Source: Veleropilina oligotropha (lineage: Eukaryota). Taken from it: a DNA stretch of 46,316 bases. The stretch is from positions 62,001 to 108,316 of the forward strand of contig JBEUKZ010000020.1 in NCBI GenBank assembly GCA_048128005.1, written 5' to 3'. A program made the translations under genes and the position numbers. The notes beneath the pieces were generated by a model. That model did no database searches. It saw nothing but the letters and a program-made list of their open reading frames with translations, and was not told the DNA's origin. Shown here one piece after another: positions 35,431-46,316 of this stretch. Each line of letters opens with the position of its first letter. The first letter of the stretch is position 1.

Positions 35431-36882
35431 CATAGGTTGCAGACACGTGGACCAAAACCACGTGATCACCGAGTCGGCCGCCATCGCGAAAGGCAAACAC
35501 TCTTAGCAGTCGATCAAATGAATACTGGACAATACTAAAATATCTGTAGAAATCAATAAAATACGTGTGAAGGAGCATTCAGTTAATTCTTTGAATATTC
35601 ACGAGTTGCTGTTCTTACGGGAAGTTGTTACGTTTGATAGCGCAATCGCAGATAAACAAATTCGGCGAATAAAGTAAATATTCATGTAATAAGCAACTGT
35701 TACTGACTTTAATTATGCATATCATTATATAAATTGTCAATAAATTATCGTATGTATATTACTAAATGTAGTAAGCCTATTATAGTACGTACTTTTTGTC
35801 TTTTTACGGATTAATTGAATGTTTCCCCGACTTGAAAGTCAAAGTGCGCATGCATCGCACGTCGCTCTTTAGTACCCCGCTGCAGTGCTAATTGTTATTT
35901 TCAATGGTTATTGTCCTGTGGATAATCCAATTGAGACCACAGGATGTCATTGCCAAGCTGATAAATAGGTAACATTTTATTTGTGCGGCATACCCATTGT
36001 TTCTTGTAAACACATCTAGACTACGAAAACCATTTGACTGAAATAACCAGCTTGCGCAATTTTAACGTTCCGCAATAAAATATAGTTCTTGATCTAATGT
36101 CTGTCTTTCAAAGTTTATAAAATTACTACAAAAAGTTTCTGTATACCTACACTTCCAATGGTAACACATTAAAGCTTTTTTTTTTTTAAAAGAATACGAA
36201 ACTTAACGTGTCGCACATGTTTGGAAAATCCACAGCTGTATCACTGCGCGTATGAGTTTGTTCCCTAGCAGTCGCCATGTGCACAGACCCGAGGCATGTA
36301 CGAAATAAATTAAAAGCTCGAATTTTAGATTCGCATTCCGAAATACACTCGGAATGCGAAAATTGCTTTCACTTTACAATGGACACCATTTCCGATAAAA
36401 GGGACTAACGTGGGCGCTTACGTTTACGTTTTAAAACAATATGAATCAATGTATCAAACTTTGATGGCGGTCTGATTTTATTTCAATTCGATGGATGTTC
36501 AACGATATTGTTACCGTCGAATAAAAAACACAAAAGGTATTTATAAGGCTAATTGTAAGATTATAATGAAATTTTAGCTATGGCTAGGCTTAATTAATAG
36601 CCTAAAAATTGGACCAGTTATTTAATTTAAATGACGAAGGCTCTGCTGTTGTTGTATGAACTAAACCAAATCGAACCCAAACGACAAATGTCAATATATA
36701 TAATATTTAATATATTGAAAGTACGGTCAAAACTCTTCCTTGAATGTCTATCTTTATCATTTATTTTCACATAATTGAATCGATTTATACTGTAATATTA
36801 TATCCCTCGTGTTATTCCTTGCCTTGCGCAATGGCGCCGCGCACATAATTATGGGACTGTGTGACGTCATCTGCAACCTATG
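35431..36882. mobile_element. TIR element with CATAGGTTGCAGA termini (copy 2)
   Basis: Perfect 13-bp TIR cataggttgcaga / tctgcaacctatg, TA flanks. Confidence 0.7.
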
Positions 36883-37051
36883 TATTGGGTAGGTCGTTCA
36901 AGAATATAGATAGGGTACTTAATTGAAATGTCCATTCCTGTTGCATTCTTGGACCATCAAGGCGAAATTATAAGAAAAGTTGCTCTTAGTTTGGTGTATA
37001 TGGTAGATTATGAATGTCTATGGCTATTGTAAAAGCGATCCGTTCGTTATA

Positions 37052-37383
37052 ATAATGTGAAGATTTATCTGCGCTTTCCCACACATACCAGATGCGTGCT
37101 CGAAGCGCTTACATTATTATTCCCTGGTTATTGGCCTGTTCATTCAATATTCCTTCTCAACTCTCTCTGAGAGTATTACGGCCAAGTACATGCCTGTTAA
37201 GCGCTTGACCAGTCATTCTGACATATTCTGCCACTGCCAACCAGGTACCCATTTCGATCTCAGATCGGCTGGGTGAACCAAGGCAATATATGCTTAATTC
37301 CTTGCCCAAGGGAAGTCGCCGGGATCGGGGTTGAACCCCAAACCTCTCGAGTGAGAGGCCAGTGCATCTACCACTGTACCACG
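37052..37383 (-). mobile_element. tRNA-derived SINE (Deu/Nin-like core), copy-2-specific
   Basis: Absent at the matching site in copy 1 (~27170); B-box-like gggttcaacccc, ccaggtacccattt...gctgggtgaac core; gttata repeated at 37046-37051 and 37384-37389. Confidence 0.85.
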
Positions 37384-38016
37384 GTTATACTTTGCCATTA
37401 CTATTTATCCACCTGTCTCGGTGCTACAATTGTAATCTACAGGCACCGATGGCGCTGGCCGCTAGCATGAACTTAATTTAACAAGTTTGCTGATTGTAAA
37501 CGAATAGTGTTTTGAACCCTCTATATCATATAATTAATGGTTTGTTCTGTAATGTACTAATGTTATGATTTTTTAACAACGTGTAGGTGCGCATAATACA
37601 AACAATACAATATTACTATTGAATACTATTTGTACGTAATTTCATTTTCTCTTGTAGGTTATTTGGAACGAATCGACTACTGAACGTTGGGAACAGTGTC
37701 TTTCAGACAAAGCATTTTGCTATTGAAACATGAAGATAAATTATCGCATTTTCCTCAGAAACATGTAAATACGTATCATTCAAATTACACCATATTTTAC
37801 ATATTTTATGTTCGGTTTGAGATAAAGTAATGAACGACGCGAAGAGGCGCCATCGTCATACACGGACCGATCAGTAAGATACTAGCAACCGTCTTCAATG
37901 TAGAGTGTGCACAAGCAAATTTCGAATGCCAAGTCAGCTCCAATAGCACCTGAGCATGCGCACTGACGAAAAATCAAACCAGGGTGGCCAGTGCGACAAG
38001 ACATTTGCAGGTTAAG

Positions 38017-39072
38017 ATGCACATGTTCGTTCATACAGGAAATATGCGACATATTTGCCTTGTGTGTAATCGGACATTTTCGCACGCATGTCGTCTGAAG
38101 AGCCACACGCTAGTCCATACTGGAGAGAAACCACATCAATGTACTGTGTGCAATCAAACATTTTCACGAGCAGATCATTGGAAGAGACACACACAAAACC
38201 ACACTGGGGAGAAACCGTATACATGTAGTATGTGTAATCAGACATTTTCGCAAGCAACTCATCTGAAGGCGCACATACGAGTTCACACTGGGGAGAAACC
38301 GTATACATGTGCTGTGTGCGATAAGACATTCTCGAATTTAAGTACTCTGAAGAGCCACATGTTAGTCCATACTAAGGAGAAGCCACACAGATGCTTTGCG
38401 TGCGATAAAACATTTTCCCTCGCAGGTAATTTAAAGGAGCATATACGAATCCATACTGAAGAAAAAACATATAAATGTGGTATGTGTAATCAGACATTTT
38501 CGCAAGCAAGTCATCTGAAGAGACACATGGTAATTCATACTTCCGGAAAATCACATCAATGCACTGTTTGTGATCAGACATTTTCGCAAGCAAGTTATCT
38601 GAAGGCGCACATACGAGTTCACACTGGGGAGAAACCGTATAAATGTGCTGTGTGCGATAGGACATTCTCACATTCAAGTACTCTGAATCGCCACATGTTA
38701 GTCCATACTAAGGAGAAGCCACACAAATGCGCTCTTTGTGATGAAACTTTTTCACGCGCAAGTAATCTGAAACAACATATGCGAATCCATACTGGGGAGA
38801 AACCATATAAATGTATTGAGTGTATGCAGACGTTTTCGAATGCGTCTAATCGGAAGACGCACATGCTCATCCATTCCAATGAGAAGCCACACCAATGCGT
38901 TGTGTGTGATAAAACGTTTTCACGATCAGATACTCTGAAGGCGCACATTCGAATCCATACTGGGGAGAAACCTTATAAATGTGTTGAGTGCATGCAGACG
39001 TTTACGCATGCGTGTAATCTGAAGAAGCACGTGCGAAGCCATACAGGGGAGAAACCGGTTAAATGTGTTTAG
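38017..39072 (+). CDS. C2H2 zinc-finger protein, copy 2, 12 intact tandem fingers
   Basis: Open frame of CxxC-x12-HxxxH repeats with TGEKP/TKEKP linkers; first in-frame ATG at 38017; true start and upstream exons uncertain (acceptor tttctcttgtag at ~37657). Confidence 0.8.
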   Translation: MHMFVHTGNMRHICLVCNRTFSHACRLKSHTLVHTGEKPHQCTVCNQTFSRADHWKRHTQNHTGEKPYTCSMCNQTFSQATHLKAHIRVHTGEKPYTCAVCDKTFSNLSTLKSHMLVHTKEKPHRCFACDKTFSLAGNLKEHIRIHTEEKTYKCGMCNQTFSQASHLKRHMVIHTSGKSHQCTVCDQTFSQASYLKAHIRVHTGEKPYKCAVCDRTFSHSSTLNRHMLVHTKEKPHKCALCDETFSRASNLKQHMRIHTGEKPYKCIECMQTFSNASNRKTHMLIHSNEKPHQCVVCDKTFSRSDTLKAHIRIHTGEKPYKCVECMQTFTHACNLKKHVRSHTGEKPVKCV

Positions 39073-39392
39073 TGCATACAGACATTTTCGCGTGCATTTA
39101 GTTTGAAGCAACACATGTAAATTTTTTCTAAAGAAAAGAAGGAAAAAATAATATGTTGAGCTTAATCAGACTGTTTACAAGAAGGTCAAGAGACAATTTA
39201 GTTGCACATTATCCGAACACTGTGCAAAACGTGATTAATATTATACAAGACATATTTCATAGATAATAGGAAACGGATAGTTAAGTATATATTATAATAC
39301 ATTATGCCGTTTATTATGTCTCCCCAAGGATGGGAGAGACATTGTTTTACACTCCGTTCTCCTCTTTCGCCTCCTTCTTCCTCACTGTTCTT

Positions 39393-39710
39393 GTTAGGAA
39401 GGGACCCAGGTTCGAGTCCTGGTGAGGGTACGAATTTTTCATTGATATATTAAATTCATATTTACTTGATTATCTATTGATAACGATCAAGATATCGTTG
39501 CCAGTGCGTTAACAATATATGATTTGTTAAAACAAAGCCAAGTTAAGCATTCATATAATTCTCGAAATAAATACATACATGCCAGAGCCGATCGATCACA
39601 TATATCAATGTCTAATCCGTGCTAATTCATCAGGTATCATTGCAGCTTAGTGGTCATAGCACTTCCACGGTTAGGAAGGGACCCAGGTTCGAGTCCTGGT
39701 GAGGGTACGA
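39393..39710 (+). mobile_element. tRNA-like element with 41-bp terminal direct repeat (copy 2)
   Basis: Same structure as 29178-29495. Confidence 0.6.
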
Positions 39711-42278
39711 CCATTGACCTAGACACAGTGACCTCTGGACTTCTAAACATTGTCCTTTATTAACTTGTCCAGACTACTCCTCCCAACCTGCTTGGAATAT
39801 TACATTGACACTTGGTATACATGATAACCACATCATGTATTTGTTCACCTGTGACAAATTTTCCCAGAATAACCTTTGACCTTGCTGTAGAGTCCTTTGA
39901 GCCCAAAACGTTGTCCAGACTATTCATCCCAAATTGCTGAGGAGATTTCATCGACATGCATACATGTGGAATAAATTATTCATGGTTTCAGGAATCACTT
40001 AGATAATGAATAGTAAATATAGATTTACTTACTTTGAAACTCCCGGCCGTCTACACATCGATTCCCCGGCCACGTAGAGCGCAACGTCATAAACCGTCAT
40101 TACGTGACCAATGTCCGCAGTAGACGGACCGAAACGTCTTAATCGTTTCACAATTTTTTGTTTCAAAGTAAGTAAATCTATATTTATCATTTATTATCTA
40201 TGCATACATGATCACTGCACCTGCGACAAATTTTCCCTAATTCCCGTTAAATGTCCGTTATTAATAAATCTAGATTACTCCTCCCAACATGCAGAGCAGA
40301 TTTTATCTACACTTGTATATATGATCACTATAAGTTGTTGGCATTTCCATAGGTGATTATTGATCTATATATCTATATCTGCGAATTTGTTAACCAAGAC
40401 AAAAGTCGAGGTTAATAAATTCACATAAGTGGTACATACAGACTCATATTTCACCAGGGGTAGGCTGACAATGAATTTATCTTACTTTTATATAAACAAA
40501 TCATGTTTTTTTAACAAGGTTCTTTTCCAACTTCATTGCTCCGTGAAGGAACACCGTTTAATCATATATTCCAGATTTATTGCTCTCAAACCGCATCCCT
40601 AAAATCATGTTGTAACATCTCTCGTAGATTACATGTAAATCTTCATGTTTGATCAAAAATATTTCTTCTATTATTTTAAAATATTTTAGCAGAATTGATA
40701 TGCGTATTGGAAAATAATCATAGTATGTTGGTGTTAATTAATTTATATGCAAATCATTTTTATATTAAGTATATTTTGTATATTAAGTATATGTTTAAAT
40801 GATTGATTATGCTCAAACTTATTGTTTATCTAGTTAATTAATCTTGTATAATGTTTTAATAACTCTGTCTATGCTGTGTACTTTCCGTACTGGGAGAGAA
40901 GACTTACATAGGCTTGTCCTGTTGTCCAATCGTCGCACACGATTCTTGTACTCATACAGCCATGTATTTGATACATCTGTGCATTTATTAACACTTTGCC
41001 AAATGTATTGTCTGTATGTATATATTGTGATTCAATAAAATATTGTTTAATCGAAAGTATATTTTGAAGATATTCTGACGTGCTCACTAGAATGCATTGA
41101 TAATGCATAGCAATCGTCACTCTCCAGGTATAGAAATTAAGAATAAGAATACTCTGCACATGTACAGTAACAAAATGACATCTCTGCGCAGGAGAATGAT
41201 CAACGGTAGTGATAAATACCAATATTAAATAAATAATAATAAATGAATCGTTTACTTTACATGAAAATGTCCAAATATAAACCGTTTTAAATATAAAGTT
41301 AAATTATTAGAGGCAAACATTTCGAAAGGACTTTTACCTTGCTGTAGTAGCCTCCGACAGCTAAACAGTGTCTGTTATTAAATTGTCCGCTATTCCTGTC
41401 AACCTGCTGAGCAGATTTCATCGCCCCCTGACGTACTTGATCACTACATCATGTAGTTATGCACCTGTGAAACACCGTATTCTTAAATGATTGGCTGGCT
41501 CCTTTTTCGATGCGTAATTATAACGTACTAGTTAAACTTCAATTAACAATCTCGGTCATATTGATTTACTCAGAATCCCCTGATATTTACTAGGACAAAA
41601 CAACATTCAATTAAAACTTTGCGATTATCCAACATTCAATCGTGTTGTCAGTTTTGTCATATAGACAATGGCTTTGACCTCATATGGACAATGATGCTGA
41701 ATTTGGAAGGTCACTTTGGAAAACCCGTAAATACGTAGTTGTCTACATGCAAACCTAGATTCTCTGCAAGGCCTCATAGATTAAGTTACACGTAATGGAG
41801 CAAGGGCTATCTGACATTTACAAGCATGAAATCACCACAGAATATGAATTGTGAATTAAACATTTAAATGTATCCATACGTTAGATCCACTTAGTTAAAA
41901 TAACCCCTAATTAATTAGTTACCCAATAGGTTAACACCCTCATTACTGCATGTATGTTGAACGCTGTTTGGCATAATATGCAGAACGAACAAAATAAATG
42001 CATATAATTATAAATTATAAATATCAAAGATACAAAATGTGCAACACTGACACTCACAGTGATGAGGATATGATAAAAATACAAACATCTATCCTTAAAG
42101 CTAAATCAAGAAAACTATTGTGTTGTCACCTGAATTATGCCCAGTATTGAGATATAGTATACACCAAAATTAAAACCGCCCCCCATCAGGGTATACGTAG
42201 GGGGGTTGGAATGGCCAGTCAAATTGATTGTGAGGGCAATGTAATATGCATATGCTAAAATATACGTAATGTCATACA

Positions 42279-42497
42279 TTACCTGGTTGGCAGTGAGGGA
42301 ATTGTCAGTATGTAAGTCATGGCGCTACCCGCGTGTAAATGACTGTAATGCTCCCAGAGGGAGTTGAGATGGCATAGAGAGTTGAGATAGAATCTCGAAC
42401 AGAACAGGCCGTTAACCAGGGCATAATAATGTAGCGCTTTGAGCAAGCATTCGTGCATGGAAAAAAGCGCAATATAAGTATCCACATTATTATTATT
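42279..42497 (+). mobile_element. 5'-truncated SINE related to 37052-37383, copy-2-specific
   Basis: tacctggttggcagtg...aacaggcc..taaccaggg..taataatgta..agcgc... with (att)n tail; absent in copy 1 at ~32028. Confidence 0.8.
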
Positions 42498-43212
42498 ATA
42501 TGCAATTTTAACCTTCGCCCACGTAGTGGTGGGATAAGGTGTTGCAATCGGGTCGGTTTGTCTGTGTGTCTGTCTGTGTGTGTCTGTCTGTCTGTCCGCG
42601 ACCATATCTCATATATGGGTCAATTGGAAATGCACTATGTGCGAGGTAATTAAACGCGCACCACGTTTAATTATTTTAAATATTCAGTAGCGATTAATTT
42701 AAACGGTAGCAAATTACTGACGAAAGTGGAGTGTTGAAAATTCCTAACTTTTTATGTTATAAACAACAAGGGTAATGCGATTAGTTTTCTTTTTAAAAAA
42801 GAAAGGTCGCATTTACGGGAAATAGTATCGTTAAGTATAGACAGTTTAACGGCTTGTCAGATCTGCTTCCAGGGTTCTACAAATACTAGTAGTTCTCAAA
42901 GTGTTTTATGGCATCATGTATCTATGTATGGGATAAACTACTGGATAGCGTTGAATAGTTCAGAGAAAACACTCCTGTCGAGGGCCGTGATGCCCGAGAC
43001 AGGAGTGTTTTCCCTGAACTATTCAACGCTATCCAGTAGTTTATGTCACTTAAAACATTTCACCATTGAACAATAGCCTCATTCCCCACCAGGTACCTTT
43101 ATTGTAGTTAATTGGAGTGGATTAGTTAAATGGAAGTCTTAATCGCCGTTGATTAGTTGAATGCTTTTAAACTATTCAACGGCTGGGCCAACAAAGCTTT
43201 GTTCTTCGATTG

Positions 43213-44852
43213 CAAGTTCAAAAATTATAAAAATGATCCAAGGTATGTATAGTGAAGTAGAAATTTCCGTTAAACATCGCTTTGTTATATCAGAACCATT
43301 TATATGCCATCAAGGTGTGAAACAAGGTGAACCAATGTCTCCTCTTCTCTTTCTGTTTTTCATAGATGATTTTTTAACAAATTATGTTCCTAAAAATGCA
43401 AGAGATGTAATATCCATTGAAACACTGGTTTTATTTTCATTACTTTTCGCCGACGATGCGGTACTTTTTGCCAAATCTGAGAGTGAATTACAAAACCAAA
43501 TATGTCAACTTGAGGAATACTGTAATAAATGGAATATAACGGTCAATATCAACAAAACAAAGATTTTGGTATTTTCCAGGAAGAGGAGACATGTGAGTTA
43601 TAATTTCATATATGGTAAAGATATCGTTGAGCAGGTTGACTCTTTCACTTATCTTGGTATTCTGCTCCACAAAAGTGGAAAAGTTAATCATGCACAAAAA
43701 CGTCAAGCGCCTCAAGGAGAACGGGCTCTAGCTGGACTTAATCAAATACTCGATAGCTTCCATTTTAAACCTGAAACTCAATGCAACATGTTTGATTCGC
43801 TTATTTCACCTGTATAAAATTATGGTGCCGAAATATGGGGATTTGAGAAAGGCGAAGACGTTGAAAAGGTTCATACCAAATTCTGTCGCAAATGTTTACA
43901 AGTTTCATCACGTACACCTAATTATTTCCTCTATGGCGAACTCAACCGATCTACGATGAATATTAAAAGTAAAGAAATAATTCTTAAATATTGGGTCAAA
44001 ATTATACAGGACAAAAACTCTTTACTCTTCAAAATATATTCCAACGAAAGACGTCAATGTGATAGACTCAACACACGTAACTGGGCTTCTGCTGTAAGGG
44101 ATTTGCTGATTGAATTGGGTTTTAACATATATTGGATTGAGCAAGATTCCATACAGGTATCATTATCAATGTTGATCAGACGATTATATGACCAGTTTCA
44201 ACAATTCTGGCACAATACTGTACATAACACTTCCAAATTACGCCTATATTCGCTGGGCAAAGATTCATTACAATTCGAAAAATATTTATCTTTAAATAAT
44301 CCTTTGTTGCGAAAAGTAATAGCCCAGATCAGAAGTGGTACAAGCAAACTTGCAATCGAACAAGGACGATACCATGGTGTTGAGAGAAATAGCAGATTAT
44401 GCCAGAATTGTGACCAAAATATGATTGAAGACGAGTACCATTTTGTTCTTGTGTGTCCTAAGTTTAGAGATTTAAGAATGAAATACTTATCTAAATACTA
44501 TAACAGATGGCCCACAATCAACAAGTATATCAATGTAATAGCATCTGACTCAATAAAGACCCTAACAAACCTAGGTCTGTATTTAAAGCACGCTTTCAAA
44601 TCACGAACAGACTATAGCAATTGTTGATACTTGCATGTGAAAAATATGAGTTTGTGTGAATATAACATGTATACTGTATATAACGATGCATTGTCCTTCA
44701 TTATTATGCATTAGTGTAAATACTAATGCTAGAACTATAATGTCCTATGTATATTGTTATATATGTTTACCTGTCAGCAATGTATATGTATATATGAAGA
44801 TGGCTAAAAACACGTAAGTGTTTAAAGCTTTAATAAATTGAATTGAATTGAA
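43213..44852 (+). mobile_element. 5'-truncated LINE (RTE/RTEX-like) with RT C-terminal half and CCHC domain, one premature stop
   Basis: GVKQGEPMSPLLF, LLFADD, YLG; TAA at 43815-43817 then in-frame NYGAEIWG; CQNC...EDEYHFVLVC; stop at 44627; aataaa and (aattg)n tail; 162-bp flanking direct repeat. Confidence 0.9.
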
Positions 44853-45759
44853 TAAAACATATCACCATTGAACAATAGCCTCATTCCCCACCAGGTACCT
44901 CTATTGTAGTTAATTGGAGTGGATTAGTTAAATGGAAGTCTTAATTGCCGTTGATTAGTTGAATGCTTTTAAACTATTCAACGGCTGGGCCAACAAAGCT
45001 TTGTTTTTCGATTGAATAGGCAGAATAAACAACTGCCCAGAACAATAGATGATGTCACATAAATGTTTTAAGATGTATGAAAGGGTAGCTGATTAGTAAT
45101 GTTTGGTTTCATGTTTCATTGTTTGCATTGATATGAAAAAGTGAACACCATGTTGCAACTGGTGTAAGCGTGAAATATCGATTTGTAATACCCAAGAATC
45201 TTCGCATATTCAATAGCCTTAAGATAAACAAATTGTTCGCCAATAACATAAACTACCCATATCTGTTATACTGTCAGATATCTCCTTTGTCTTTTGTTCG
45301 TCGTCCAACTCCATCAAACATGTGGGGTCTTTGACGCTATTATTGCCCTCGTGCCATCATTCATGCTTCAGGGCAGGCAAGTTGACGACCGACATGCTCT
45401 TCTCTTCCGCCAGCGCTAAGAGAAGAATAGAGAACAAGGCCAGTCGCCATATGCGATGCTTTTTCGACCTTGTCAGCAGAAAGGGCTTATCAGAACTCCT
45501 CAGGAAGATGGGCAGACCGTTCCGTATGCGATGCCTCAAAGGGCATCATCGGTGTGGGTCACGAGGACTGCATCACATAGAGCGGCGGGCCTTGTTCTCT
45601 AAAATATTCTCCTGGAGCTGGAAGATTGAGAGAATAGTGTCGCACTCAACCGCCATACATAATATTTCTAAGAGTTCTATAATATTACTAAATATTATTC
45701 TCTGTTACCAGACAATTTCATACATATAAATAACATTGATGTTTAAATACACCACATAC

Positions 45760-45933
45760 ACACTCGCCGTCCGGCCATAAAGGGCATGAAGTTGTCGGGT
45801 TTTGGTCCGAGTTTTCCTTTTTCCAGAAATCGCTCGGGTCGAAAGACTTCAGGATTGCTCCAAACTTTCGGGTCATTATGCAGCGTCCAGGTGTTGATGA
45901 AAAGCCAAGCTCCTTTTGGAATGTCGTAACCGC
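45760..45933 (-). CDS. Cytochrome P450 exon (clan 2, CYP17/CYP356-like) with PERF and heme-binding motifs
   Basis: atttttag|[59 protein letters not shown]; candidate donor gtatgt inside the Cys codon; not in the ORF track. Confidence 0.88.
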
Positions 45934-45979
45934 CTAAAAATGATTTGCAAAATAATTATATCTTCATAGGAGCTACATT

Positions 45980-46316
<337 letters not shown>

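Larger units (their letters stand above)
35431..45625 (+). repeat. Segmental duplication, copy 2 (10.2 kb including three retroelement insertions absent from copy 1)
   Basis: Colinear with 25545-33314; extra sequence at 37052-37389, 42279-42497 and 43213-45014. Confidence 0.95.

Overview
This is eukaryotic (invertebrate animal-type, repeat-rich) genomic DNA, not prokaryotic; I see no CRISPR array, rRNA or operon. Host genes: (i) an intron-split ankyrin-repeat gene on the minus strand (coding exons 13449-13565, 4590-4685, 2915-3013, continuing off the left edge), (ii) two tandem copies of a C2H2 zinc-finger locus (copy 1 with an internal stop, copy 2 with 12 intact fingers) inside an ~8-10 kb segmental duplication, and (iii) one cytochrome P450 exon near the right edge. 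A full-length 7.3 kb DIRS1-type tyrosine-recombinase retrotransposon (5402-12740, minus strand) sits in an ankyrin-gene intron; its ITRs and internal complementary region are perfect but gag, RT-RNaseH-methyltransferase and YR are frameshifted. The rest is minisatellites, SINEs, LINE fragments, TIR/MITE-like elements and HINE/Helentron-like elements. Best leads: an ~790 bp TIR element that appears to have captured the promoter and first coding exon of an SMNDC1/SPF30-like gene (Pack-TIR-like); a 28-bp minisatellite made of ~29 copies of a real splice donor; zinc-finger paralogs diverged mainly at DNA-contact residues; a Penelope-type minimal hammerhead ribozyme mini-element; and a LINE with a 162-bp target duplication. 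All calls were made by eye without database searches, so family names are by motif recognition.
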